A DNA stretch of 64,000 nt, taken from positions 83,379 to 147,378 of the forward strand of contig CAAGHI010000063.1 of NCBI GenBank assembly GCA_900769645.1, read 5' to 3'. The translations under genes were made by a program, and so were the position numbers. This document shows positions 1 to 9,142 of this stretch, in pieces; the first letter of the stretch is position 1, and each line of letters begins with the position of its first letter. The notes beneath the pieces were generated by a model. The model was not told the origin of the DNA, ran no database searches, and saw nothing but the letters and a program-made list of their open reading frames with translations. The stretch comes from Candidatus Gastranaerophilales bacterium. GTDB lineage: Bacteria; Cyanobacteriota; Vampirovibrionia; Gastranaerophilales; Gastranaerophilaceae.

Positions 1-49
1 ATTCAAAGATGCTGTAAACAAATAGTTCTTTGAACTTCAAAATCTTAGA

Positions 50-79
50 AAATGCACTTCGAAAGAGGTGCATTTTTTG
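50..79 (+). terminator. Rho-independent terminator hairpin (aaatgcac / gtgcattt, then a T-run) ending the upstream gene
   Basis: 8 bp inverted repeat followed by TTTTTT at 73-78. Confidence 0.5.
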
Positions 80-86
80 TTGTTGG

Positions 87-115
87 TTGAAATGTTTATG
101 AAAATATGGTAAAAT
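87..115 (+). promoter_or_regulatory. sigma70-like promoter for pilin-like locus 1: -35 TTGAAA (87-92), 17 nt spacer, -10 TAAAAT (110-115)
   Basis: Near-consensus hexamers at 17 nt spacing; the same architecture recurs at 9082-9110. Confidence 0.55.
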
Positions 116-146
116 GAGTATGTATATGAAAAAGAAAGGAAGAATT

Positions 147-227
147 ATGCAAGAAGATTTGAGAAGAGTGCTCGGGGGGGGGGCAAGCGTCACGGGGTAC
201 GTGGAAATTCCGCAGCTAGGAAGCTAG
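147..227 (+). other. Leader sORF (MQEDLRRVLGGGASVTGYVEIPQLGS) that reads through the G10 tract, out of frame with the pilin domain
   Basis: RBS AAAGGAAG 5-6 nt upstream of ATG 147; TAG at 225-227; frame 0, while the pilin is in frame 2. Confidence 0.4.
174..183 (+). repeat. Homopolymeric G10 tract, candidate slipped-strand phase-variation site
   Basis: 10 consecutive G in a low-GC genome; paralogous tracts at 9218 and 19805 sit at the same position relative to pilin-like genes. Confidence 0.8.
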
Positions 228-262
228 GAAGTGAAGCAGCTAAGCAAAATTGTTATTCTGAA

Positions 263-1036
263 ATGGAACAGCTGCTTTCAGTCGTCATTCCGAACGCTAG
301 CGAAGGAATCCAGCTTATTGATAAACAAAACAAATCACAAGGAGAAAGAAAGGATAACTTAACCGAAATGGTCTTTTCACTTAAACACGCCGCATTTACA
401 TTGGCTGAGGTTTTAATTACTCTCGGCATTATCGGTGTTGTTGCAGCTTTGACAATTCCTAATATTATTAAACACTATCAAAACAAAGTCACTGTTACCA
501 AACTTCAAAAAGCTTATTCAATTTTAAACCAAGCTTTTCGTCAATCTGAAAATGATAACGGGTCTTCTGAATTTTGGCAAGAAACCCCAGAAATTTCAGC
601 TCAGGACTATTTTGAAAAATACTGGAAACCTTACTTAAAAGAACCAAAACTTTGTCAAACATATCAAGAATGCGGTTATGTAAGCTGGAAACCATATATA
701 GCACTGAATGGTTCGTCTGTTGCTATGTCGCTAGATTCTGCAAGGGTAAAAATTAAAACAATTGATGATGTTTTTTATTTATTTACAGAGGCGACGACAA
801 ATTCTGAAGGAAAACTTGTTCCATTTAGAAATGTCTATATTGATATAAATGGTGCTAAAGCTCCAAATAAATTTGGGGAAGATGTTTTTATTTTTAATAG
901 AGTTATAGGAAAAGGTATAATGCCTGAATGCTATTATTGCTCATACAATTCATTGACCGCTAATTGTAATCGAAAATCTAATGGAGCATATTGCGCTGCT
1001 CGAATTATGGCTGATGGGTGGAAGATTAAGTATTAA
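263..1036 (+). CDS. Pilin-like protein with prepilin-type N-terminal cleavage/methylation domain (KHAA|FTLAEVLITLGIIGVVAALTIPN), paralog 1. Effective start uncertain: ATG 147 plus a +1 G, ATG 263, or ATG 368
   Basis: F+1, E+5 and a hydrophobic helix are typical of type IV pilin or pseudopilin; the Cys-rich C-terminal DING-K-PN motif is shared with 9198 and 19857. Confidence 0.6.
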   Translation: MEQLLSVVIPNASEGIQLIDKQNKSQGERKDNLTEMVFSLKHAAFTLAEVLITLGIIGVVAALTIPNIIKHYQNKVTVTKLQKAYSILNQAFRQSENDNGSSEFWQETPEISAQDYFEKYWKPYLKEPKLCQTYQECGYVSWKPYIALNGSSVAMSLDSARVKIKTIDDVFYLFTEATTNSEGKLVPFRNVYIDINGAKAPNKFGEDVFIFNRVIGKGIMPECYYCSYNSLTANCNRKSNGAYCAARIMADGWKIKY

Positions 1037-1060
1037 TAAAAAAGGTGGGATATTCCCACC

Positions 1061-1690
1061 TTATCTGATAAAGTTTGTTAGGATTTTGTCCTCTGTTTGA
1101 GGGTGGTCAATTCCTGATTTTTTGCCGGCTTCAATGCATTTTAAAAGCCATGCCATATTATTTCCGAGCACACGCATGATTTGTAGACCTTCCAAGTCTT
1201 TTCTGACATCGTCAGATGAATTTTGTCTGCCGTGCACCATACACCAATAATTTGAAGAAACAACCGGCATTTGATTTATAGTAAAATGTTTTGTGATAGC
1301 ATCAAGTGATGCAGTTGTTCCGGCACGTCTTGCAGAAACTATTGCAGCTGCCGGTTTGAATGCGAAATATTTGCTTCCGGCATAAAAGACTCTATCCATT
1401 ACGGACAAAAGTCTGCCTGCTGGGTGTGCATAATAAACAGGAGAACCAAAAACAAAGCCGTCTGCGGTTTTAGCTTTTTCGATAATTTCGTTTACGATAT
1501 CGTCTTTAAACACGCAACCTTCAATTTTTCTGCAAGCTCCGCAACCGCCGCAATCCTTGATTTCTTTATTTCCGATTTGGATAATTTCTGTTTCAATACC
1601 GTTTTTGTTAAGTGCACCTGCAACTTCTTCAAGTGCTGTAAATGTGCAACCCTGTTCATTTGAACTTCCGTTTACAAGTAAAACTTTCAT
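1061..1690 (-). CDS. Flavodoxin-like NAD(P)H-dependent FMN reductase / iron-sulfur flavoprotein
   Basis: MKVLLVNGSS flavodoxin fold N-terminus, CGGCGAC cysteine cluster, 209 aa. Confidence 0.55.
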   Translation of the reverse strand: MKVLLVNGSSNEQGCTFTALEEVAGALNKNGIETEIIQIGNKEIKDCGGCGACRKIEGCVFKDDIVNEIIEKAKTADGFVFGSPVYYAHPAGRLLSVMDRVFYAGSKYFAFKPAAAIVSARRAGTTASLDAITKHFTINQMPVVSSNYWCMVHGRQNSSDDVRKDLEGLQIMRVLGNNMAWLLKCIEAGKKSGIDHPQTEDKILTNFIR

Positions 1691-1736
1691 AATAAACCTC
1701 CTTGAATTTATTGTATATCAAAAATAAATTATTCTG

Positions 1737-1822
1737 TTCCCCTCACCCGCATTTGCTCACGATTGTTCGCAAAGAACTGCCCCCTCGCCCCTAGGTGGGC
1801 GAGGGGGTAGACTTCGTAATTT
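1737..1822. repeat. Dispersed hairpin repeat (CCCCTCGCCC..GGGCGAGGGG ... GACTTCGTAATT), family 2
   Basis: Related copies at 13690-13776 and, reversed, at 18146-18200. Confidence 0.6.
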
Positions 1823-1909
1823 AATTAGTCATACAAAAAGCAATTTGAGTATATCAAATTGCTTTTTATAATCTAGGAAAAGCCGGCATTAAGATTTAAT
1901 TTATTATGT

Positions 1910-2731
1910 TTATTTGTCAAGAAGCAATTTATGGCCGGCATAGAAATCTGTATATTTTATGCTGTTTTGATTGCAATATCTCTCGATTTCTGCGGAGATT
2001 TCATCAAAATATTGCGAATTCTTTTTGTTATAAATGTCATCATATATTGTTTTATAGATTGGAAAATTCTTTTCTATAAAATTGAACATGTTTGTTTTGA
2101 AACTCGTTCTGAGATTTAGTTTGTCGAACCAATACTCATCTACGTAATCTTTTGTTGTTTCAATAATCTGTTTGAAATCAGTTATTTCAGGAATTATCGG
2201 GGCAACAAAAGCAACCGTCCTAATTCCATTTTCTCGCAAAATTTTTAATGTTTCAAGTCTTTCTGCAACAGTTGATGATTTTAATTCTAAATTTTTTCTA
2301 ATACTTTCGTCTAATATGCTCAAAGATATGACTATTTCTACATTTTTCATTTTTTTGAACAAATCAATATCTCTTAACACAAGTTTAGATTTCGTAACAA
2401 CAGAAATATGTGTTTCTGCGCAAACGAGCTGTTCCATGATTTTTCTGGTAATTTTGTATGTTTCTTCATACTTGTTGTAAGGATCAGTAACCGTTCCAAT
2501 CATGAGTTTTTTGTGTTTTAGCTTGAAAATATTAATTCTTTTTCGGGTTTGTTTGACGTCAAGAAAATCTCCCCAAGGTTCTGAATGCTTGCTAAAACCG
2601 ACCATATAAGCCGCATAGCAATACAGACACTTGTTTGGGCAACCAACATACGGATTAATTACGTAGTCGATTTCTTCAAGTTTGGTTTTAGTAAGATAGT
2701 CTTTAACCCTTTTTTGCTCATCTATTCGCAT
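1910..2731 (-). CDS. Radical SAM protein, spore-photoproduct-lyase-like DNA repair family
   Basis: CPNKCLYC CxxxCxxC motif near the N-terminus, 273 aa. Confidence 0.55.
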   Translation of the reverse strand: MRIDEQKRVKDYLTKTKLEEIDYVINPYVGCPNKCLYCYAAYMVGFSKHSEPWGDFLDVKQTRKRINIFKLKHKKLMIGTVTDPYNKYEETYKITRKIMEQLVCAETHISVVTKSKLVLRDIDLFKKMKNVEIVISLSILDESIRKNLELKSSTVAERLETLKILRENGIRTVAFVAPIIPEITDFKQIIETTKDYVDEYWFDKLNLRTSFKTNMFNFIEKNFPIYKTIYDDIYNKKNSQYFDEISAEIERYCNQNSIKYTDFYAGHKLLLDK

Positions 2732-2778
2732 AAATAGATATTACAAGTTTTTCTTTTGAATGTCAATAGCACTGATAT

Positions 2779-3360
2779 TTATTCTAGGATATTTATGTCT
2801 TTTTCTATTATGCTCGGAACCTGCGAAGATATAATCGTCTCAAGGTATTTGTCATTGTTTTGACGAATATTTTCGGCAATAGTTTTTATTTCATTGTCGT
2901 TTGTAAAAAAGTGTTTTACTGCATATTTTACGACAATCATGCCCTTGTTCGGAGCTTTTTCAAATTTATAAATATCGTATTCAAAATATTTTCTATTGTT
3001 TTCGCAACCGTTTACGAGAAAACTTATTGCTGCTTTGTTGCATTTTTTGTTTTCAATAAGTTTTAAAAGTACGCTGTTGTCTGTCGTTTCAACTGTTTTG
3101 TCGAAGTTTTCAACATATTTAAGCGGATTATTTTCTTCCGGATAGTAGTAAACTCCGATCATTTTAATCCAATTCCCGACATTTTCAGAGCCGCGAAAAT
3201 ATTCGTTTCCATAACCTTTTGTTTGTGGTGCAATTGCGCTGTATTTGAGCTTGTAAACTTCGTTGTCAAAGTGGATTTCTTCTGCACAACAACACAAGTT
3301 TGGAACCAAAAATGCTAAAATCATAAAAATAAATTTCTTCATACCATGATTAAAACTCAT
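2779..3360 (-). CDS. Hypothetical exported protein
   Basis: N-terminal signal peptide KKFIFMILAFLVPNLCCCAEE; no recognisable domain. Confidence 0.4.
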   Translation of the reverse strand: MSFNHGMKKFIFMILAFLVPNLCCCAEEIHFDNEVYKLKYSAIAPQTKGYGNEYFRGSENVGNWIKMIGVYYYPEENNPLKYVENFDKTVETTDNSVLLKLIENKKCNKAAISFLVNGCENNRKYFEYDIYKFEKAPNKGMIVVKYAVKHFFTNDNEIKTIAENIRQNNDKYLETIISSQVPSIIEKDINILE

Positions 3361-3415
3361 TCAAATAGGAATGAAATTAGTCCAAAGTATTGCCATGTGG
3401 GTAATTTTTGTATCG

Positions 3416-3486
3416 GTCATTCTGAAAGCTTAGAAAATTATCCTGAGTGTTTAGCGAGGGATAAATTTTCTTGCTATTCAGAATCT
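3416..3486. repeat. MITE-like hairpin element, family 1 module C (GTCATTCTGAAAGCTTAGAA...TTCTTGCTATTCAGAATCT)
   Basis: Imperfect terminal inverted repeats; copies at 30998-31067, 36232-36301 (reversed) and 39279-39349. Confidence 0.7.
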
Positions 3487-3500
3487 CTTTGTTCATTACT

Positions 3501-5162
3501 CTAAATATCAAATAACTTGTGAAGTCTTGTGACGATATCATCTTCGTCCAAGTCTTGTGTGATTTTGTTCAAATCAATTGCCATTTGATAGTAGTTTGCT
3601 GCATCATTGATAAATCCCATTTCTTGTGACGCTCTTCCGGCATTGAAGTATGCCAAAGTGTAGCTAGGATTAAGTTCTATTGCTGTTTCAAAGTATTCTA
3701 AAGCTTCTTCTGCATCGCACAAGCCATCTAGGTATAAAATTCCAAGGTTGTTTTGCGCATATTCATTTTCTGGATTAAGATCAACTGCTTTGTGGAACGA
3801 AACAAGTGCTTCTTCCAAGTAATCCTTTTCCCATAGCGCAATTCCGGCTTTTGCATAAGCTCTGTAATCGTCGGGTTTAAGCATAATTGCATCACAATAT
3901 GCTCTAATTGCGTTTTCTAAATCGTAGGCTGCCATGTGCACATCGCCAAGTGCCAAGTACAAACCGTAGTTGTTTGGATCAAGAATTATTCCTGCTTGAT
4001 ATGTTGACACGGCAGCGTCAATGTTACCTTTTACCTCTGCGTAAATACTTCCCAAAGCCTCACAGACAATAGATGTCCATTCTTTGTCAGGATTTATGGA
4101 AATTGCTTTTTGGTAATGTTCAATCGCTTCGTCATATAATTGAGCTTTTGAGTACGCATAAGCAAGTGAATTGTTGTAGAACGGGTTTTCAGGATCTCTT
4201 TCTACTGCAAGTTTAAACGCACTCACTGAATTAATTTTGTCCTCTTTTTTTAGATAAAGATGTCCCAATTCGTAATAAATTTGAGGGGTATCAATATCAA
4301 ATTCTAAAAGTTTTTCGTAACAATCGATTGCTTCGTCAGTGTTTTCTGGGAAATATGTTTGCAAAACAGTTGCCAGTTTTACCAGAACTTCTCTATTAAG
4401 CGGATTTGCTTCCAAAACTTTTCTATAACAGTCAAGAGTCAATTCTGTTTCGTTGTTTTTAAGAGCCAAATCTCCCATTTTGTCATAGAAAATTTCACTG
4501 TGGCTTGTTGCTGTAATCGCTTGTTTATAAATGTTTTCTGCACTTGGGTAAAGTTTGAACTTTTCTAAAAATTTTCCGATTGTGTTGTAAGTAAACACCG
4601 AAAAATCATCAGACATGTTTTTATAGAACATTTTTATAGAAGGTCTGTCCCATGCCAACATTATGCTACCTGATAAAAAGTAGTATAAAAATCCGATATA
4701 ATCGCTTGCGGTACCATTTTTACTGTTAATTTTCTGCAAAATTGATTGAGAAAGAATTAGTCTTGGACGACCTGATTTCAAGTTGTCCATTTTTATTGCA
4801 GATTTGAATTCTTGTTCTGCGGATTTGAAATCCTGAGCAAGTTTCATGAAAAATCCGGTGTAAAGGTGCGCATTGATGTTCTTTGGAGCCAGAGAAACAG
4901 CTGTTTTACACTGTTCAATTGCTGTGTCAAGGCTAATTTGACCTTGTTCCCACATAAGAGTTGCCAAACGGTAATACGCCTCAGGCATTGAAGGATCGTA
5001 TTTAACTGCATCAATATAATACTCAATTGCCTCTTGCAAATCCGTATTCTGCTGGCGAATTAGGTACTTTTCATGCGCAACTCTGGCTTTTTCCAGTGAT
5101 TCTCTCGCTTTTTCTATATTTGCCGATTTAATCGGTTGTAGTAACATTTGTTCTGACATCAA
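3501..5162 (-). CDS. TPR-repeat protein
   Basis: Multiple 34-aa TPR-like repeats (AxxYxxAG, LxPxN patterns), 553 aa. Confidence 0.6.
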   Translation of the reverse strand: MMSEQMLLQPIKSANIEKARESLEKARVAHEKYLIRQQNTDLQEAIEYYIDAVKYDPSMPEAYYRLATLMWEQGQISLDTAIEQCKTAVSLAPKNINAHLYTGFFMKLAQDFKSAEQEFKSAIKMDNLKSGRPRLILSQSILQKINSKNGTASDYIGFLYYFLSGSIMLAWDRPSIKMFYKNMSDDFSVFTYNTIGKFLEKFKLYPSAENIYKQAITATSHSEIFYDKMGDLALKNNETELTLDCYRKVLEANPLNREVLVKLATVLQTYFPENTDEAIDCYEKLLEFDIDTPQIYYELGHLYLKKEDKINSVSAFKLAVERDPENPFYNNSLAYAYSKAQLYDEAIEHYQKAISINPDKEWTSIVCEALGSIYAEVKGNIDAAVSTYQAGIILDPNNYGLYLALGDVHMAAYDLENAIRAYCDAIMLKPDDYRAYAKAGIALWEKDYLEEALVSFHKAVDLNPENEYAQNNLGILYLDGLCDAEEALEYFETAIELNPSYTLAYFNAGRASQEMGFINDAANYYQMAIDLNKITQDLDEDDIVTRLHKLFDI

Positions 5163-5368
5163 TGAGCTCCAATAAGATGTTTTTCTATTCTATTTACATT
5201 TCTTAACACGATATAAATAATATTAATCTTTAGTAAAAATAATTTATATCATCTATTTGGGGGATATATGAGTTTAAAATTAAACTTAAATTTTAGCTTG
5301 AATTACTCTTGTAGATTGCCTTTATGGGGAATGATTTTGACTTTTGAATAAATTATTTTTTTATCGAG

Positions 5369-6196
5369 GTGAGGATTATGAATAAACTTTTTTATATTTT
5401 ATTTTGCGTGTCAATATTTTCTGCATCAGTTGCAAATGCAGGAATTATATCTAATTTCTTAGGCGATAATAGTTATAATAACGGGTATTATTATCCGCCA
5501 AATGTTAGATATACAACTAATGGTTACTATGGACAAAGACCTTATTATAACAATTATTACTATAATAATGCCTATCCTCAAGCTCGCTATAATGTGCCGT
5601 ACAACGTAAATCGCGGATATTATGCTCCGCCATGCCCATGCGATTGTTATAGACAACCTGTAATTTATCGAACTAAGGTAAATCGAAAAAGTTTTGCCGC
5701 TCAGTCAGAAAAACTTGTTGCTAATCAGTTTTCCGGCATTGAAAGATTAGAAAACCAGATTTTGTTGCAAACTTATGAATATGATTCTGCAAAAAACAGA
5801 ATTGAAAGACTTGAGCAAAGACTTTTTGGTGCGTCACAAGAAGGAGATTTGGCGCAGAGGTTTGAAACATTAAAGCATGTCGCAAAAAATTATAAAGCCT
5901 TCAATCCAAATCAGAGCATGCAAAATAGCTATGCACAGAATAATTACAGTCGACCGATTTTTACTGGTGGTTCAGGTGCCGGTTGGAAAAGTACGTTGCT
6001 AGGAAATTTCAAAAATCAATTTATGGGAACTCCAACTGGAATTACTCCGGCTATGGATCCTGCTTATATGGATTGGTTTGAGGCAGAAAGAGCGCTTGCC
6101 GGCAACGGTGAAGAAGTCGGAGTTCAAACTAATCGTGGGTATTATTACTCAAATACAAATAGAGGTTCGAGAACCGGAGTTACAATATTAGATTGA
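5369..6196 (+). CDS. Secreted protein with a Tyr/Asn-rich low-complexity region followed by a coiled coil
   Basis: Signal peptide MNKLFYILFCVSIFSASVANA; YYYPPNVRYTTNGYYGQRPYYNNYYYNNAYPQARY; CPCDC. Confidence 0.5.
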   Translation: MRIMNKLFYILFCVSIFSASVANAGIISNFLGDNSYNNGYYYPPNVRYTTNGYYGQRPYYNNYYYNNAYPQARYNVPYNVNRGYYAPPCPCDCYRQPVIYRTKVNRKSFAAQSEKLVANQFSGIERLENQILLQTYEYDSAKNRIERLEQRLFGASQEGDLAQRFETLKHVAKNYKAFNPNQSMQNSYAQNNYSRPIFTGGSGAGWKSTLLGNFKNQFMGTPTGITPAMDPAYMDWFEAERALAGNGEEVGVQTNRGYYYSNTNRGSRTGVTILD

Positions 6197-6284
6197 CTTT
6201 TTGCTAAAAATAGTTAAATCATACATATAGATGATTGTGCCACGTCAAAAATAAGTGATAATACATACAGAAGAGTGGTATAAT

Positions 6285-6773
6285 ATGCCTTTCAGATACA
6301 GATTACAGAAAGTTCTGGATTTCAGAATTCGTAAGAAAGAAGAACAGCTGACAGTTGTTCAAAAAGCTCAACAAGCGGTTTATGAAGCCGAAGAGAATAT
6401 CCGAAAAAACGAACAAGAAATTCAGGCGACAAAACAAAATATGCGTTCGGCAGACCCTATGATGTATGAAGCTTATGACAACTATTTGCGGCATCTTTGG
6501 GAAAAAGCTGAACAACTGGAAGCAATCAGAGTTGAGTTACAAAAAAAACTCGATGAAGAGAAGGTTAAACTTATAAAACTCGAACAGGGTGTCAAAGTTC
6601 TTGAAAAACACAAAGAAAAGAACCGTGAAGCCTTTATAGCGGAAGAAAAAGCCGCAGAACTAAAACAGTATTCCGAACTGGGTGTTACAAGATATTTCAG
6701 GCAAAGCCAAGAAAGAGCCGAGGAAGAGGCGCAAATCTTGAAACAACTGGAACAAATAGATGGAGGTAGTTAA
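6285..6773 (+). CDS. fliJ: Flagellar export protein FliJ-like
   Basis: MPFRYRLQKVLDFR start; a ~160 aa charged coiled coil matching the FliJ pattern; followed by fliK-like and a rod/hook gene. Confidence 0.5.
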   Translation: MPFRYRLQKVLDFRIRKKEEQLTVVQKAQQAVYEAEENIRKNEQEIQATKQNMRSADPMMYEAYDNYLRHLWEKAEQLEAIRVELQKKLDEEKVKLIKLEQGVKVLEKHKEKNREAFIAEEKAAELKQYSELGVTRYFRQSQERAEEEAQILKQLEQIDGGS

Positions 6774-6775
6774 AA

Positions 6776-7645
6776 ATGAATATAAGTACATCTTCAGCAG
6801 CAACTGTCGCAGCAGCCAGTGCATCAGATGTAAGCTCAACTCAATCAAAATCAAAAACGAGCAGCAGTTCTAAAGCTGAAAAATCTTTTGAAGATGAGAT
6901 GAAATCTGCTTCCAAAACTGAAAAAACAGAAGAAACAAAAGATTCAAAAGAAACTGAAAAATCATCAAAAGATGATAAAAAGGTTTCTGAAAAAGAAAAA
7001 ACATCTCAAAAAGATTCAAATAAAGAAGCCAATAAACTTGCGGAAGAATTGAAAACTCCTGATGATATTGTTCCGGACGATGTTTATTCAGGCGGAATTA
7101 ATTTTACGGATTTTAAATATCATAATGAAAGTCAGTCTTTGTTGACTCAAAATATTCAAGATTTGTTGAATACAAAAAATTTGATGTCTACCGTAAATTC
7201 AGCTCAAACTGTTGATTATGATGCTATAAATATGTCGGATTCTGATGCAACATTCTTTGCGAATTTAGTCCAAAATACTGATATGTCTATGCAAAGTATT
7301 GCATCTCAAATTCAAACGCAAATGGCAGATGGTAACCAAAATATTCAACAAAATGTGAAAGTTTCGTCTGTTTTGATGGAAAAACTTTCTGAATCAATGA
7401 AAACAAATCAGCCGTTCAGAATAGATTTTGACAAAGATGTTTCTGTCATTATAAAAGTAAATAAAGACGGAAGTCTTGCTGCAAACTTTATCCCTGGGGA
7501 TAAGGCTGTAGAGCAGTATTTGCGTAATAATATTTCGTTTTTGAGACAGCGTTTTGATGAACAAAATTTGTCTTATAGCCAATTGAGTTATAGCAATTCT
7601 CGTCAACAGCAACAGCAAAGACGCCAAGGTAAGGAGAAACAGTAA
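6776..7645 (+). CDS. fliK: Flagellar hook-length control protein FliK-like
   Basis: S/K/E-rich N-terminus; C-terminal Flg_hook-like pattern IDFDKDVSVIIKVNKDGSLAANFIPGDKAVEQYLRNNISFLRQRF; synteny. Confidence 0.45.
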   Translation: MNISTSSAATVAAASASDVSSTQSKSKTSSSSKAEKSFEDEMKSASKTEKTEETKDSKETEKSSKDDKKVSEKEKTSQKDSNKEANKLAEELKTPDDIVPDDVYSGGINFTDFKYHNESQSLLTQNIQDLLNTKNLMSTVNSAQTVDYDAINMSDSDATFFANLVQNTDMSMQSIASQIQTQMADGNQNIQQNVKVSSVLMEKLSESMKTNQPFRIDFDKDVSVIIKVNKDGSLAANFIPGDKAVEQYLRNNISFLRQRFDEQNLSYSQLSYSNSRQQQQQRRQGKEKQ

Positions 7646-8481
7646 TGAATGATTCTTTTGTTACAGCACTGAATACCCAAAAATCGACCACAAACTGGAT
7701 TGATGTCATTGCTCACAACATGACAAACGTTTATACTCCAGGTTTCAGAGAACAACAGGTAAATTTTAAAACCTTCTTGGGTGGTGCGATTTCTGAGGAT
7801 TATGATAAAAAATTAGACCAAGGTAAATCAACCCCTGGTACTTCTAAAGAAAACTTGTTCTTAGAAGGTAAGGGCTTTTTCCTTGTGAAAGATGAAACAG
7901 GTAAGAGTATTTATACAAGGCTCGGTGAATTCAAGTTTGACAATGAAGGTGTTTATCGTGACAGAAGCGGAAACACAGTTCAAGGTTATATTTTGAACGA
8001 CAAGGGCGAAATCATGCAGGGTACAAAATCCGTAACGTCTGATTTGTACGAAGAAACTGCTATGAAGGGCGGTGCACTTGATATTCCGACAACAAATATA
8101 AAATTATGGATTGATCCGAATAATGGTAAATATCTAGGCAAATATGACGATTATGAGATTAAAAACGATGGTACAATCTATGGAAAAGCTGATAACGGAA
8201 AGCGTTCTGTGCCATTGTATCGTATAACTACAAGAAATTTTAATAACGCTGCGGCTCTTTATGAGTTCAAAGACGGTCAGTTTTTGGAAACAGAAGAGTC
8301 AGGCAAACCACTTATCGGTGTTGGTGAAATTCGTTCAGGGCTTTTAGAAATGTCAAACGCCGATTTTAAAGGAAATATTTCATACTACCAAATGGCAAAA
8401 TTGCAGATGGACGTTGCAAACAAACTGATTTCAACTCAAAAAGAACTTCTGCAAGAAACATTGAGATTGGTAGGAAGCTAG
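7645..8481 (+). CDS. Flagellar hook/rod protein of the FlgE/FlgF/FlgG family
   Basis: N-terminal AHNMTNVYTPGF rod motif, GKGFFLV...YTRLGEF, C-terminal LEMSNADFKGN...LISTQKELLQETLRL. Confidence 0.65.
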   Translation: MNDSFVTALNTQKSTTNWIDVIAHNMTNVYTPGFREQQVNFKTFLGGAISEDYDKKLDQGKSTPGTSKENLFLEGKGFFLVKDETGKSIYTRLGEFKFDNEGVYRDRSGNTVQGYILNDKGEIMQGTKSVTSDLYEETAMKGGALDIPTTNIKLWIDPNNGKYLGKYDDYEIKNDGTIYGKADNGKRSVPLYRITTRNFNNAAALYEFKDGQFLETEESGKPLIGVGEIRSGLLEMSNADFKGNISYYQMAKLQMDVANKLISTQKELLQETLRLVGS

Positions 8482-8503
8482 ACTTCATATTAAACTCCAG
8501 ATT

Positions 8504-8537
8504 CCAAAGAGATTTGTTCTCTTTGGAACTTTTTTTA
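8504..8537 (+). terminator. Rho-independent terminator (ccaaagaga tttgt tctctttgg, then a T-run)
   Basis: Perfect 9 bp stem followed by TTTTTTT. Confidence 0.65.
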
Positions 8538-8605
8538 TGGAAATAGAAACTTATATCTATTCATTATACTTGACAGTCGAGTTTGTTTAGCCTAACATTT
8601 GTGGT

Positions 8606-9085
8606 ATGAAAATTTTACCGATTAATAATTATAACGCTAACTATCAGTACAGCCAGATTAATAATGGCATGACGGCTCCTGTTTTTACTGCAAAGAAAAT
8701 TATTCCGACAAAAGAGCAACATAACGAGTTAAGAGTTTTTCTTCACCATATTTATGAGTATAAGAAGGGGTTGAGAAGCTTAATTTTGACTACAGAAAAG
8801 AAGTCTAATCAACCTTATATAACTCAAAAATTAGAGCGAGAAAAAATCCCGTATCTTATTACGCCGGCTGGTGAAAAGTCCATAAACGTGTTCTTTGGAA
8901 ACGAGGATTGCATAAAAGTTGTTTCGACATTTGATAAAAAGCTTAATAAATTGTCACCGGAAAAAGATTTTATGCTCGGAATTATGCTTGGCTATGACAA
9001 GATTTTGCAATGTAAGAGATATATGCAAAGGTTAGGGAAGGTGACTGCTCAGGCTGCTAAAAATATAAATGAAAAACTGTCTTGA
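8606..9085 (+). CDS. Hypothetical protein
   Basis: 159 aa ORF with a TTGACA-N17-TAACAT promoter upstream; no recognisable motif. Confidence 0.4.
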   Translation: MKILPINNYNANYQYSQINNGMTAPVFTAKKIIPTKEQHNELRVFLHHIYEYKKGLRSLILTTEKKSNQPYITQKLEREKIPYLITPAGEKSINVFFGNEDCIKVVSTFDKKLNKLSPEKDFMLGIMLGYDKILQCKRYMQRLGKVTAQAAKNINEKLS

Positions 9086-9110
9086 AAAGTTTCTGAAAAT
9101 GTGCTAAAAT
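9082..9110 (+). promoter_or_regulatory. sigma70-like promoter for pilin-like locus 2: -35 TTGAAA, 17 nt spacer, -10 TAAAAT, then GAG
   Basis: Same hexamers and spacing as locus 1. Confidence 0.55.
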
Positions 9111-9142
9111 GAGCATATCAGAATAGAAAAGGAGTCAAGATT

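Noticed and set aside
212-245. SRP (4.5S) RNA-like GGAAG…GAAGCAGC motif
   Set aside because: The match is limited to a short purine-rich stretch that belongs to the dispersed family-1 repeat (also at 39247); the conserved domain IV helix and GNRA loop are absent.
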